DNA of 64,000 bases. Origin: a phage. The translations under genes and the position numbers were made by a program. Where the stretch lies: sequence record PZ534515.1, one strand, 5' to 3'. Of the stretch, positions 63,648 to 64,000 are shown piece after piece; position 1 is the stretch's first letter; every line of letters starts with the position of its first letter. Under the pieces are notes generated by a model. The model was not told where the DNA came from, did no database searches, and worked only from the letters and a program-made list of their open reading frames with translations.

Positions 63648-64000
63648 TATGCCTCCCCTGCTGGGTTAACTGTAACTGTTGCCGCATTAGACGTTACAGA
63701 GCCACCTGCACCAGTAACTACACAGGTGTAGCTTCCTGCATCAGCAGTGGTTGCACCTTCTTTGGTGTAAGTTGCAGCAGTTGCGTCTAGGATGTTTTCC
63801 TCACCCTTCTTCCACTGATAACCTGTTGCACCTGTTGCCACAACATTCAGTGTTAAGGTCTCACCTTCAGTGATTTCTTGATTGGCTGGCTGTTGAGTGA
63901 TAACTGGCAAAGCATTTACCGTGATTGTTGCAGGACTAGAAGTAACGGAACCACCAGCACCTGTCACAACGCAAGTATATGAACCTGCATCTGCTGGAAG
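63647..64000 (-). CDS. Ig-like repeat domain protein, 5'-truncated (start beyond window)
   Basis: Frame is open to the window end; tandem repeats of ...DAGSYTCVVTGAGGSVTS... Confidence 0.55.
   Translation of the reverse strand, partial: LPADAGSYTCVVTGAGGSVTSSPATITVNALPVITQQPANQEITEGETLTLNVVATGATGYQWKKGEENILDATAATYTKEGATTADAGSYTCVVTGAGGSVTSNAATVTVNPAGEA

Overview
This window reads as a contiguous stretch of a virulent, low-GC (about 40%) tailed-phage genome with dense, operon-like coding and no rRNA, tRNA, CRISPR array or integrase that I could recognise. All functional calls come from motifs read directly in the supplied translations plus gene order; no database search was possible. Layout: (1) 1-9640, plus strand: a P2-like baseplate gene order followed by two tail-fibre genes with His-x-His repeat tips. 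(2) 9677-20280, minus strand: thymidylate synthase, DHFR, small proteins, ATP-dependent DNA ligase and a family-A DNA polymerase, interrupted by two unusual A/C-rich structured non-coding elements that flank a two-gene cassette. (3) 20538-49967, plus strand: dNMP kinase, T7-type primase-helicase, SSB-like protein, RNase H/FEN-like exonuclease, GIY-YIG and HNH homing endonucleases, aerobic and anaerobic ribonucleotide reductases, a prs-like/NAMPT-like pair (the phage NAD+ reconstitution NARP1 arrangement), rIIA/rIIB-like genes, overlapping spanins and a macro-domain protein. (4) 50395-56824, plus strand: an array of 15 small genes, 12 of them behind one of two near-identical promoter/hairpin/leader cassettes. 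(5) 56826-58353: about 1.5 kb with no ORF, packed with short phased repeats. (6) 58397-64000, minus strand: a small-gene operon, a T4-type lysozyme and a 5'-truncated Ig-like-domain gene. The gene content resembles Felix O1-like myoviruses from memory; this is unverified. The strongest candidates for novel biology are the NARP1-like anti-defence pair, the cassette-driven small-gene array, the paired structured non-coding elements, and the repeat-dense ORF-free region.
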